Positions 1 through 10,002 of a DNA stretch of 34,955 nt are shown here, in pieces. The stretch is from an uncultured bacterium (GTDB lineage: Bacteria > Actinomycetota > Acidimicrobiia > Spongiisociales > UBA4744), in the NCBI GenBank assembly GCA_965549635.1, contig CBEVHI010000003.1:1-34955 (forward strand), in the 5' to 3' direction. Below the pieces are notes generated by a model. The model ran no database searches and had not been told where the DNA came from. It worked only from the letters and a program-made list of their open reading frames with translations. Within the stretch, counting starts at the first letter, position 1; each line of letters opens with the position of its first letter. The translations under genes were made by a program, and so were the position numbers.

Positions 1-57
1 TGGGGACGAAGGGAATGAACGTGGTCGATCTGGTGTTTCCAGAGCGGCAGACTACCC

Positions 58-78
58 TATACCCCTCAGGGGTACCCT
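58..78. promoter_or_regulatory. CsoR/RicR-family operator-like palindrome overlapping a candidate -10 element upstream of thioredoxin
   Basis: TACCCC-TCA-GGGGTA at 60-74 is a perfect inverted repeat fitting TACCC-N5-GGGTA. TACCCT at 73-78 is a TANNNT -10 candidate. Confidence 0.65.
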
Positions 79-101
79 ACTTTCGAATGCTGGAGTGAAT
101 C

Positions 102-503
102 ATGGCGACCGTTGCATTGACCAAGGACAACTTCGAGGACACGATCATGAACAATGACATGGTCCTCATCGACTTCTGGGCCGAGTGGTGCGGCCCGTGC
201 AAGATGTTCGGTCCGGTCTTCGAGAAGATGTCCGAGCAGTATCCAGACATGGTGTTCGGCAAGGTGGACACCGAAGACCAGCAGGAGCTCGCCGGCTACT
301 TCAACATCCGGTCGATTCCCACGCTGATGGTCTTCCGAGAGAAGGTCATCCTCTTCTCGCAGGCAGGAGCCCTTCCGGAGCCGATGCTCGAGGATCTCAT
401 TGGCCAGGTTCGCGAAATCGACATGGAAGACGTCCATCGCAAGATCGAGGAGCAAGCCGCGGAAGCCAACGAAGAGGAGCAAGGCGCAGAAGCCAACGCT
501 TGA
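102..503 (+). CDS. trxA: Thioredoxin
   Basis: DFWAEWCGPCK active site, RSIPTL cis-Pro motif, GGAG SD upstream. Confidence 0.95.
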   Translation: MATVALTKDNFEDTIMNNDMVLIDFWAEWCGPCKMFGPVFEKMSEQYPDMVFGKVDTEDQQELAGYFNIRSIPTLMVFREKVILFSQAGALPEPMLEDLIGQVREIDMEDVHRKIEEQAAEANEEEQGAEANA

Positions 504-525
504 GAAGAACTGCATCCGAGGATTC

Positions 526-556
526 GCTGCCGTCGGGGCTCCGACGGCAGCTCTTT
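526..556 (+). terminator. Intrinsic terminator-like hairpin after thioredoxin
   Basis: GCTGCCGTCGG-ggct-CCGACGGCAGC, an 11-bp perfect stem followed by TCTTT. Confidence 0.7.
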
Positions 557-672
557 AGGAGTCTGCTGAGTAATGCCGTTGGGCGGATCGGCGATCAGGA
601 GAGGTACGGGTACTCGGCTGAGGTCGATGCGCCTCGGACTATTCTCAGCGGTTCTCACAGAGAGGTGATTCC

Positions 673-1812
673 GTGCCCGGGCGTGACCGCGCAACGATGC
701 TCTTCACAACGAAGTTCGGGGCGGAGCCTTCAGGGCTCGTGCGAGTTCCCGGGCGTGTCAACCTCATTGGCGAACACACCGACTACAACCGCGGGTTCGT
801 GCTCCCGATGGCGGTGGATCGAGAGGTCTGGATCGCCTATCGGCCGAGGTCCGATCGCAGGATCGTGCTCAGATCCGAGGCTTTCGTCGACGACATCCAC
901 ATCGACCTGGATGCACTGACCCGTGGCGAAGGATGGGGCGAGTACGTCAAAGGGATTGCCTGGGCGATGGAGACCTCGGGAAATCGCCTGCAGGGATGGG
1001 AGGGGGTCGTCGCCAGCGATGTCGCCATGGCCGCAGGCCTGTCCTCGTCGGCCGCCCTCGGGATCGCCGTGGAGGCCGTCTTCTCCAAGGTCTCAGACCT
1101 CGGCTGGGACCCCACCTCGTTTGCTCGGCTCCAACACCGGTCGGAGAACGAGTGGGTTGGAGTCCGCAGCGGCATGATGGACCCGCTCATTGCGACCGGT
1201 GCCCGCAAGGGCCATGCCATGCTGATCGACTGTCTGACCCTCAAGGGCACTCAGGTTCCTCTCCCCAGGGAGGCTGCGATCGTCGTCATGGACACAGGAA
1301 CGAGAAGGAATCTCGTCGATGCCGGCTACAACGAGCGGCGGAGCCACTGTGAGACTGCGGCTTCTTCCCTTGGTGTCTCCACACTGCGCGACGTCACCCT
1401 TGATCAGCTCCAGGGGCACGAACCCCGACTGGGACACGATGTCTTCGGATGCGCCTATCACGTCGTGACCGAGAACGAACGCACCCTTGCCGCGGCCAGA
1501 GCCCTCGAACGGCGAGACCTCAGTGAAGTGGGCCGTCTCATGAAGGCCAGTCATGCCTCATTGCGTGACTCGTTCGGTGTCTCCAGCAGACCCCTCGACG
1601 CAATGGCGGAGGCTGCCGATCAGACCGCTGGTTGTTTTGGGGCGCGGCTCACAGGAGCCGGCTACGGGGGTGTGGTGATCGGTCTCGTCGCCCGGGAGTC
1701 CACTTCCTCCTTCATCGAAGAGGTCGAAGAGGCCTTCCACGAAGCCACCGGCCTCCAAAGCCACTGCTATGTCGTCGAGTCTGCGGATGGCGCGAGCTTC
1801 GAGTCACCGTAA
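673..1812 (+). CDS. galK: Galactokinase
   Basis: PGRVNLIGEHTDYN signature, GHMP motif AAGLSSSAA, ARLTGAGYGG. GAGGTG SD before GTG. Confidence 0.93.
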   Translation: MPGRDRATMLFTTKFGAEPSGLVRVPGRVNLIGEHTDYNRGFVLPMAVDREVWIAYRPRSDRRIVLRSEAFVDDIHIDLDALTRGEGWGEYVKGIAWAMETSGNRLQGWEGVVASDVAMAAGLSSSAALGIAVEAVFSKVSDLGWDPTSFARLQHRSENEWVGVRSGMMDPLIATGARKGHAMLIDCLTLKGTQVPLPREAAIVVMDTGTRRNLVDAGYNERRSHCETAASSLGVSTLRDVTLDQLQGHEPRLGHDVFGCAYHVVTENERTLAAARALERRDLSEVGRLMKASHASLRDSFGVSSRPLDAMAEAADQTAGCFGARLTGAGYGGVVIGLVARESTSSFIEEVEEAFHEATGLQSHCYVVESADGASFESP

Positions 1813-2156
1813 ACCGCCACCGGATGTAGCCAGAATCTCGCCAGTGGTGTCGCGGCACTCACCAGCCAATCCAGCGCCTCGCGGTAGGCCTTGGTGTCTC
1901 CCTGTGAGCCGGCAAGATCCGACTCCACATCTTCGAGCGCGGTCTCGAGACCGTAGAGCAATCCCTGCAGCTCTTCGAGATCCTCACGCGAGATGAGGAT
2001 CTCATCGGGTCCCAGTCCCCTGGCCCCGGCGAGCTTGCGAGCGATGTGCGCCTGCTGTCGGCAGCCTTGCTTACAGTACCGGCGAGGTCGACCAACGCCT
2101 TTCTGCTCGGGGAGCACTCCCCCGCACCAACCACAACGGCGAGCTCGTTTCGTCAC
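1767..2156 (-). CDS. Hypothetical protein with N-terminal CxxC...GRPRRYCxxxCRQ putative zinc-binding motif and a helical C-terminus
   Basis: CGWCG...GRPRRYCKQGCRQQA. Start placed at GTG 2156, 7 nt after TAGCAT (-10-like). The 3' end overlaps galK convergently by 46 nt. Confidence 0.75.
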   Translation of the reverse strand: MTKRARRCGWCGGVLPEQKGVGRPRRYCKQGCRQQAHIARKLAGARGLGPDEILISREDLEELQGLLYGLETALEDVESDLAGSQGDTKAYREALDWLVSAATPLARFWLHPVAVYGDSKLAPSADSTT

Positions 2157-2166
2157 GTGACGGATG

Positions 2167-2877
2167 CTAGCGAACACGTTTTCGGTTTCGCAGGATTGCG
2201 AACCCGATCACCGCGATCAATGCAAACGAGAACCACTGGATCGCATAGGAGAGATGCGGTCCGTTGCTCAGCTGAGGATCCTCAGGGACGACCGGTTGCG
2301 GTCCACTGGCGTCGGGGATCTGAGACCGCAGCTCGATGTACATCGGCTCGAGCGGCCAAGGGAGCTGCGCGGCAAGCCTGTCGAGATCAGGCCAGTAGAT
2401 CTGGGTGAGCACGCCCGATGCGGGGTCCGTTGGCCCCACGGCAGGTGGCTGTCGCGAGCTGCGCAACACTCCGGTTACTTCGACGCGACCGTCTGGTGGC
2501 GCCAGCTGGGTCAAGGGGGTGCTGTCGAAGGAGAGAGGTACCCACCCCCGATCGACGAGGACCGCGTGCCCGTCCGTGAGGATCAGCGGTGTGAGTACAT
2601 GGAAGCCGTTCTGCCCGTCGTTGGATCGGTTTCTCAGAAGCAGCTCATGCTCAGGGGCGTACTCCCCCACCGTCACGACGCGCCGGTACTCGACGTCGGC
2701 AGGATCTTCGAGCGCCTCTGCCAGAGGGATCGTCTTTGCTCCGAGGCGCAGCGCAATCTGTTCGTTGGCGGCACTTCGCTCTTCGAGACGATCGAGCTGC
2801 CAGACACCAAGTCTCATGAACGCCGCCGCGAGCAGGAGCACGGCAATCCAGCCGACGGTCTGGGCTGAGCGGCTCAT
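2167..2877 (-). CDS. SURF1 family cytochrome oxidase biogenesis protein
   Basis: LGVWQLDR, VLTPL, LVDRGWVP and HLSYAIQWFSFA motifs, with two terminal TM segments. Confidence 0.93.
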   Translation of the reverse strand: MSRSAQTVGWIAVLLLAAAFMRLGVWQLDRLEERSAANEQIALRLGAKTIPLAEALEDPADVEYRRVVTVGEYAPEHELLLRNRSNDGQNGFHVLTPLILTDGHAVLVDRGWVPLSFDSTPLTQLAPPDGRVEVTGVLRSSRQPPAVGPTDPASGVLTQIYWPDLDRLAAQLPWPLEPMYIELRSQIPDASGPQPVVPEDPQLSNGPHLSYAIQWFSFALIAVIGFAILRNRKRVR

Positions 2878-2886
2878 CGTTGAACT

Positions 2887-3066
2887 CTATGCCGCCGGAT
2901 CCTCCCGGGAGCGCTGCAAGAGGAGTCGCGCCAGTTCGAGCGCTGTTGCGTCGTCAGGAGCGGAGTAGGCGACAGGTCGCTCGATCCACCCTGCGATCTG
3001 TGCTGGAGAGACCGGCTCGTGCCCCTGCAAAGCCTCGGCCAACTCGTCGCTCCAGAACCACCGCAC
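2887..3066 (-). CDS. Small hypothetical protein, 59 aa (MRWFWSDELAEALQGHEPVSPAQIAGWIERPVAYSAPDDATALELARLLLQRSREDPAA), absent from the ORF track
   Basis: GGAGGT SD 5 nt before GTG 3066, TACGGT -10 candidate at 3091-3096. The ORF fills the ggt-SURF1 gap on the same strand. Confidence 0.65.
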   Translation of the reverse strand: MRWFWSDELAEALQGHEPVSPAQIAGWIERPVAYSAPDDATALELARLLLQRSREDPAA

Positions 3067-3149
3067 CGTGTACCTCCCTCGATCGCTCCCACCGTACAGC
3101 GCGTGTCAAGAGACTCGGACCTGGGGAAATACAGGCTTGCCATTCACCC

Positions 3150-4673
3150 TCAGTCGGTCACGTAGGAGGCGCCGGAGCGGCGTGGATCAACGCCCGTCTC
3201 GAGAGTCCCGTCAGGGTGCAGGGCTGCCGCGGCAACCCCTCCGAAGAACATGTCGAGGCCTTCGAATGCTCTTGTCGATGCGTCGACTGCGTCCATGGGC
3301 ATCCCCGGCTCGCAGGCGACCAGGTAGGCGTCCTCGGTCAGTTCGACGTGCACCCGGGGATGCGACACGGCCTCCTGAAGGCCCATGCCGAGGTCAACGT
3401 GATTGAGAAAGGATTGGAGGATCGCCGTCGTGATCCGGTCGGCGCCTGGTGACCCAATCGCCACGACAGCGCCCGAGTCACTTCGGGCGATGGTTGGTGC
3501 CATGTTCGAGAGCAACCGCTGACCCGGCTCCAGCGAATGCAGTCCGCCCGGGTTCAGCTCCAACTCGCCGAGAGAGTTGTTCAACCAGATACCGGTGCCC
3601 GGTGGCATGGATCCGGAACCGTACCCGGCCGAGAACGTGGCCGAGCATGCGAGCCCACCGCCGTCGACCACGGAGGTGTGGATCGTCGACGGAGACTCGA
3701 GCAGGCTCTCGAATCCATCCCTCTCGATCGCGTCCAATAGGGCTAGCGCCTCTCTGGCCAGGTCTTCTGACCCGTCGAGGTGCTCCTTGCGATAGGCGAA
3801 GACGGTCCGCTCGACAGCCACCAGCCTGGCGACGGCCTCAGGCGTCCAACCCCTGTCCAGTCCCTTCATCGACATCAACATCGCGGCCAGGGCAGCCCCT
3901 CCGACGGAGGGAGGTGGGTTCGTGGCGACTCTCCATCGATCGTGGTCGAGGACGAAGGAGTCGCGGGAGAGTGCCTCGTAGTCGGCCATGTCCCGAACGG
4001 TCAACAGGCCGCCCCCACGGTCGACATCCGCCAGGATGCGCTCCGAGAGACGCCCTTCGTAGAAGGCTCTGGCCCCTTCATTGGCGATCTCCTCGAGGCT
4101 CTCCGCCAATCCGGGGATACGCACGATGTCACCTTCACCCAGGCATTGCCCCGTCGAGTCATGGAGTGCCGAATGGCTGGCCTCGTGCCAGCCGAAGATG
4201 GTGTCGTGACAGTGTGCGAGGTAGCGGGCTGCCGCCCCGGAGAGGGGGAAGCCCCGACGAGCCAGTTCGATCGATGGTTCGACCAACCGGCTCCACGGCA
4301 GGTCGCCGTACAGGTCCGATGCCAGCTGACAGGCAGCCGGTGCCCCGGGGACAGCGATCGAGCCGGGGCCAACCGTCGTCGTCATCCCGCCTCCGTACGC
4401 CATCCACGCGTCGAAGACCCCGCCTCCGAACCGTGACCGATCCTGGCCCTTCCCCGGCATCACTGCATAGCCGTCAATGGTGCGAGGGTCGCCGTCGGGC
4501 GGCCAGATGGTGAGGAACCCTCCTGCACCAAGGGCAACGATTCCCGGCTCGGAGATCATGCCGACGAGGGATGCGGCGATGGCGGCGTCGACGGCGTTGC
4601 CACCTTGAGAAGCTATCTGTTGGGCCGCAGCGGCCGCGTGTGGAGAGACTGCCGCAGCAGCGAGACGCGTCAT
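3150..4673 (-). CDS. ggt: Gamma-glutamyltransferase family protein
   Basis: GGNAVDAAIAA, VPG, nucleophile region STIHTSVVD, SNMAPT and GSPGADRI motifs. Confidence 0.9.
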   Translation of the reverse strand: MTRLAAAAVSPHAAAAAQQIASQGGNAVDAAIAASLVGMISEPGIVALGAGGFLTIWPPDGDPRTIDGYAVMPGKGQDRSRFGGGVFDAWMAYGGGMTTTVGPGSIAVPGAPAACQLASDLYGDLPWSRLVEPSIELARRGFPLSGAAARYLAHCHDTIFGWHEASHSALHDSTGQCLGEGDIVRIPGLAESLEEIANEGARAFYEGRLSERILADVDRGGGLLTVRDMADYEALSRDSFVLDHDRWRVATNPPPSVGGAALAAMLMSMKGLDRGWTPEAVARLVAVERTVFAYRKEHLDGSEDLAREALALLDAIERDGFESLLESPSTIHTSVVDGGGLACSATFSAGYGSGSMPPGTGIWLNNSLGELELNPGGLHSLEPGQRLLSNMAPTIARSDSGAVVAIGSPGADRITTAILQSFLNHVDLGMGLQEAVSHPRVHVELTEDAYLVACEPGMPMDAVDASTRAFEGLDMFFGGVAAAALHPDGTLETGVDPRRSGASYVTD

Positions 4674-4726
4674 ATCGGCTAGAGCGTAATCGCAGCACTG
4701 CTCCTACGACTTGGTACGGTCAGTCT

Positions 4727-5122
4727 GTGCACGTGTTTCGGTTCGCCCTGATCGGCTTGCTCGCGCTCTCGACGGCAGGCTGTGCCCCACCGGCATCCCC
4801 CGGGCCGGTCGGATGTGCCGACGTTCTCTCCGTCGAGGTGTCGGCATCCTCTGATGGAACCTATCGCTTCGATGTCACCGTCGCATCGGACGACACCGGA
4901 TGGGAGAAGTACGCCGACGCATGGGAGGTGAGAACGCCCGCCGGCGTTGTCGTCGCCACGCGTCAGCTGGCCCATCCTCACGTCGAAGAACAGCCGTTCA
5001 CTCGCTCCCTCTCCGGCGTGCGTGTGCCCTCAGAGACGCTCATCGTCGCTGCCCGGGACTCGGTGGAGGGCTTCTGTGGTGACACGTTCACCATCCGTAT
5101 TCCCGAGGGTACCGGGGGTTGA
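4727..5122 (+). CDS. Conserved hypothetical lipoprotein with HPH motif
   Basis: Signal peptide ending LSTAG-C from GTG 4727, 6 nt after TACGGT. Mature part reads FDVTV-S-DTGWEKYADAWEV...LAHPHVEEQPFTRS. Confidence 0.75.
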   Translation: MHVFRFALIGLLALSTAGCAPPASPGPVGCADVLSVEVSASSDGTYRFDVTVASDDTGWEKYADAWEVRTPAGVVVATRQLAHPHVEEQPFTRSLSGVRVPSETLIVAARDSVEGFCGDTFTIRIPEGTGG

Positions 5123-5440
5123 GTGCTCGAGACACGGGGACGAGTCCGGGCGAACGGCGACTTGTTCCGCGATGATCTCCAGTCTGCTGCGACGTCCCTT
5201 TGCACCATCCCAGAACCGCCGCTGCACCGTGCCGACCACCCAGAGCCGGGATCCGGTTGACAACCCGGTCATGTCGTCGGAGGGGTCCCAGAGGGTGACG
5301 GGAAGCACGTCCACCCTTCGACGCGGACGCTCGCTTCGGACCGTGAGAAGGTAGCGAATGAGACGCGAACCGGACTCGAAAGAGCGTATCTCCGGCGGCG
5401 CTGCCAGGTGTCCACCGAGAACCGTCAGGTTGAAGTCCAT
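5030..5440 (-). CDS. Single-stranded DNA-binding protein paralog (SsbB-like OB fold)
   Basis: N-x-V-L-G-x-L...PEIR, VTLW, G-x-R-L-x-V-x-G-x-V-x-x-R-F-W and LEIIAEQV pattern. GAAAGG SD. No DDxPF acidic tip. Confidence 0.8.
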   Translation of the reverse strand: MDFNLTVLGGHLAAPPEIRSFESGSRLIRYLLTVRSERPRRRVDVLPVTLWDPSDDMTGLSTGSRLWVVGTVQRRFWDGAKGRRSRLEIIAEQVAVRPDSSPCLEHSTPGTLGNTDGERVTTEALHRVPGSDDERL

Positions 5441-5519
5441 GTCGATGCCTTTCCGGGGAAGGCGGGAGGTGACGCCGAGCGTACGAGACAGGTGTGACAG
5501 CTTCGCCTACTCTGGCCGC

Positions 5520-6437
5520 ATGAAAGACCTACGTGCCGTCGAGATCGGCGATCACCTGTACGCGATCGATGCCTGGATGGAGGGACAGCCGGAGCGGCTT
5601 GCCTGCTACCTCTTCGACACCCCGGAGCGGGTTCTGGTCGAAGTCGGTCCCTCCGCCACGCTAGGCCACCTCATCGACGCCCTGGATGCGCTCGGGGTAG
5701 ATGATCTCGCCGCGTTTGTCGTCACCCACATTCATCTGGATCACGCCGGTGGAGTCGGGCAGATGGCCAAGCGCTACCCGAACGCGCGGATCGGCGTTCA
5801 CACGCGAGGAGCCCGGCATCTGGTCAACCCTGACCGCTTGTGGGCGTCCGCAGCGCAGGTCTTCGGGGAGGAGTGGCTTCTGCGCGAATGGGGACCGATG
5901 GAACCGGTGGATACCGAACGGCTCATCGTTCTCGATGAGGGGAGCCGGGTTTCCCTGGGTGCCGGCAGGTCTCTCGACGTCATGTACACCCCGGGCCACG
6001 CGAAACACCATGTCGTGTTTCAGGACTCTGCGGAAGGGGGAATGTTTGTTGGGGATGCGCTTGGACTGTGCTATCCGCACGGCCACTTCGTGCAGCCGGT
6101 CACACCTCCGCCCGACTTCGACCCCGACGCGCAGATCGAGCAAATGCATCGTATGCGGCAGCGTCAGCCGAGCTTCCTCGGGTTCGCCCACTTTGGGCCA
6201 CGCTACGACGTGGACGCCACGCTCGAAGAGGCCGAACAACGCTTGCGCGAGTGGGTTGACGCGGTTGCCACGTTCTCCGAACTCACCAACGACGATGCCG
6301 GAGAGCGTCTGAGGGTGTGGACCGAGCGCAAGTACCAGGCCCTCGGCTACGGCAGCGTCGAGATCGCCGGCTACGCGGAGAAGACCAACTGGCCGATGCA
6401 GGCAGCCGGCATCAGAAGGTGGCTGGCCTCCCGGTGA
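5520..6437 (+). CDS. Metallo-beta-lactamase fold hydrolase
   Basis: THIHLDHAGG, TPGHAKHH, GD and AHFG motifs. Start ATG 5520 lies 6 nt after TACTCT. Confidence 0.9.
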   Translation: MKDLRAVEIGDHLYAIDAWMEGQPERLACYLFDTPERVLVEVGPSATLGHLIDALDALGVDDLAAFVVTHIHLDHAGGVGQMAKRYPNARIGVHTRGARHLVNPDRLWASAAQVFGEEWLLREWGPMEPVDTERLIVLDEGSRVSLGAGRSLDVMYTPGHAKHHVVFQDSAEGGMFVGDALGLCYPHGHFVQPVTPPPDFDPDAQIEQMHRMRQRQPSFLGFAHFGPRYDVDATLEEAEQRLREWVDAVATFSELTNDDAGERLRVWTERKYQALGYGSVEIAGYAEKTNWPMQAAGIRRWLASR

Positions 6438-6455
6438 GCTGCTGTCGGTCCGGAC

Positions 6456-7301
6456 TCAGTGGGCGATCAACGCAAACGGAAACTCGAATGCCGAATCGCT
6501 GCTGACCTGCTGTTCGAGCGGAGTGACCACGTCGCCTCTCGTGAGAGCATTGCCGTACACGAAGACCGGCATCCCTAGCTCGAGTTGGCCAAGCAGGTAG
6601 GTCATATCCGGAATGCGCACACGCACACACCCGTGTGAGGCCGGATACGTTGGCACGCTGCTGGATCCGTGGATGGCGTACCCGCCCCTGAAGTAGTAGG
6701 GCTCGTAGAGGCCACCCAGGTACGAGATCCGCCAGCCTTCGACATGGCGGTAGAAGGAGAACGCCCCCTCCGGCGTTCGCGCCCGAGCGATGCCTCCTCC
6801 TCGACCCCGGTAGGTGCCGCCGCTTCCCGAGGAGATAGGAAGCACACTCGTGACCGCCTGATTCTCGATGAGGAAGAGCACCTGGCGTTGGAGATCTACC
6901 TCGACTCGATCGGGATCGACAGACGCCTCGAGTTGGATGGGCTCATCGAAGAACACCCAGTACGTCGACCGAAAGATCCCGTCCCTGGGAAGCCCGTGAG
7001 CTTTCTCGAAAGCGATCACGGCCGCCTGCAAGGCCTCACCGAACCGACCGTCGACCGTACCCGGACGGAAGCCTTGTTCGGCCAGCCGTCGTTGAAGGAG
7101 CCGGACGCCGTAGCCTGTCGATCCTGCCTTCAGTTCCCGCGGAGGCGCCCACCCCTCTCCGTACCCGAACACGTTGGGGTCGTCGAACGAGACGGCGACC
7201 GCCTGGTTCCCGGCCAACGTCACGACCAGAACCGCGCCCACGATCACCACGAGCACTCCGCGAACCACTTCTCTCCCTGGCACAACAAAGGCATCGACCA
7301 T
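6456..7301 (-). CDS. L,D-transpeptidase (YkuD) with peptidoglycan-binding domain
   Basis: N-terminal hydrophobic segment, PG-binding repeat (VRLLQRRL...VDGRFG...AFEKAHGL..DG), AIHG...SHGCVR catalytic motif. Start position uncertain. Confidence 0.9.
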   Translation of the reverse strand: MVDAFVVPGREVVRGVLVVIVGAVLVVTLAGNQAVAVSFDDPNVFGYGEGWAPPRELKAGSTGYGVRLLQRRLAEQGFRPGTVDGRFGEALQAAVIAFEKAHGLPRDGIFRSTYWVFFDEPIQLEASVDPDRVEVDLQRQVLFLIENQAVTSVLPISSGSGGTYRGRGGGIARARTPEGAFSFYRHVEGWRISYLGGLYEPYYFRGGYAIHGSSSVPTYPASHGCVRVRIPDMTYLLGQLELGMPVFVYGNALTRGDVVTPLEQQVSSDSAFEFPFALIAH

Positions 7302-7320
7302 CGAGGCCCGTAGCTTGAGT

Positions 7321-8052
7321 CTACGCTCCGCCTTGGCGTATTTCCCCTCTGAGTTCGTCGAGACCGGGCATCGATGGATCGTGCTTCTCGATGGCCCGAA
7401 GAAGCTTCAACGCCGTCTCCCGGTCACCGAGACGTCCCGCAGCCCGGGCGGCGACGAACCATTGTCGGAGATCCTCTTCGAACGGATTCTGGCTCAGTCG
7501 CTTTGGATTGGCTACTTCCCATGCCGATCGCGCCTCGCCCTGGTCCATCAGGAAGGAGGCGAAGACGACCCGCCCCTCCTTGAGGACCTCGGGTCGACCA
7601 CCCAGTTCCGCCAGCTCGTTCCAGACCTTGCGGACATCTTCGTCGCGGCCGAGGGCGCGAAGAGCGTCCATCTCGACGGGCATATGGACCGTGTCTCCGG
7701 TGAGACGCCGGTAGGTCCTGAGCTCGGTGAGCGCCTCCTTCCAGAGCCCGCTCCGATAGGCACTCAACCCGAGTAGTTCGCGGATGGCTGCCGCTCGGGG
7801 AGAGAGCTGCTTCGTCTTGAGGAGCACGGAGCGGGCCTTCTGATAGCGTCCGCCGGCAAAGGCGTCCGTCCCTGCTTCGAGCAGGTAGAGCGTCTCTTCG
7901 AGCCGTTCTTTGCGGGTGACGCGCGTGATCTCCTCGCGTAGCCACTTCGGCAGGGTCGTCCCCTTGCCGGTGACGATGCGACGCTCCCGATCTGGACTCC
8001 CCTGGGCCCGAGACCGTGGTCGTTTGTCCTTGTCTCGACGATCGGTGGGCAT
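7321..8052 (-). CDS. Tetratricopeptide repeat-like protein
   Basis: Helical repeats (RELLGLSAYRSGLWKEALTELRTYRR). Matches the protein typically downstream of tyrS/rrn in Actinobacteria. GGAGG SD. Confidence 0.8.
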   Translation of the reverse strand: MPTDRRDKDKRPRSRAQGSPDRERRIVTGKGTTLPKWLREEITRVTRKERLEETLYLLEAGTDAFAGGRYQKARSVLLKTKQLSPRAAAIRELLGLSAYRSGLWKEALTELRTYRRLTGDTVHMPVEMDALRALGRDEDVRKVWNELAELGGRPEVLKEGRVVFASFLMDQGEARSAWEVANPKRLSQNPFEEDLRQWFVAARAAGRLGDRETALKLLRAIEKHDPSMPGLDELRGEIRQGGA

Positions 8053-8060
8053 TTGACCTC

Positions 8061-8096
8061 CAAACAGATGGGCCGCCCTGTCGGCGGCCCATCTGT
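8061..8096 (-). terminator. rrn terminator hairpin downstream of 5S
   Basis: ACAGATGGGCCGCC-gacag-GGCGGCCCATCTGT, a 14-bp perfect stem with a short U run. Confidence 0.75.
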
Positions 8097-8105
8097 CACA
8101 TATGT

Positions 8106-8224
<119 letters not shown>

Positions 8225-8507
8225 CCCGGTGAGTGCTCGGCACCCCGAGCACTCCATAGCGAGCATGTATGCGGAGTTGGATTCAAATCCAAGCCCTCGG
8301 CCGATTAGTACCGGTCAGCTCAACGCATTGCTGCGCTTACACATCCGGCCTATCAACCTGGTCATCTACCAGGGGCCTTACCCGATTTGTTCGGTGGGAG
8401 ATCTCATCTTGAGGTGGGCTTCACACTTAGATGCCTTCAGCGCTTATCCCTTCCGTACTTAGCTAACCAGCCATGCCCTTGGCAGGACAACTGGCACACC
8501 AGAGGTA

Positions 8508-8541
<34 letters not shown>

Positions 8542-8566
8542 CCCCGCAAATCTCCTACGCCCGCGA

Positions 8567-8598
<32 letters not shown>

Positions 8599-8617
8599 AA
8601 ACCCAGCTCGCGTGCCG

Positions 8618-8699
<82 letters not shown>

Positions 8700-8723
8700 C
8701 CGTCGATATGGACTCTTGGGCGC

Positions 8724-8754
<31 letters not shown>

Positions 8755-8884
8755 GCCGATGAGCCATGGCGCTTCCACATGCCACCATGGGATCATTAAG
8801 CCCGACTTTCGTCCCTGCTCGACTTGTAAGTCTCGCAGTCAAGCTCCCTTGTGCCTTTACACTCAACGCCTGATTGCCGACCAG

Positions 8885-8926
<42 letters not shown>

Positions 8927-9205
8927 CACCGCCCCAGTGAAACTGCCCACCAGGCACTGTCCCTGATCCGGATAACGGATCGAGGTTAGAAGCCCGCTAT
9001 ACGAAGGGTGGTATTTCAAGGGTGACTCCACGCCAGCTGACGCCAACGCTTCCAAGTCTCCCACCTATCCTACACATCGTATATCAGACTCCAATGCCAA
9101 GTTGCAGTAAAGGTTCCGGGGTCTTTCCGTCCTGTCGCGGGTAGTGAGCATCTTTACTCACAATGCAATTTCGCCGAGTCCCTGGTTGAGACAGTGCCCA
9201 AGTCG

Positions 9206-10002
<797 letters not shown>

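Noticed and set aside
2874-3143. 89-aa ORF-track ORF in the ggt-SURF1 gap
   Set aside because: No SD and low-complexity composition. The 59-aa ORF in another frame has a strong SD and better composition.
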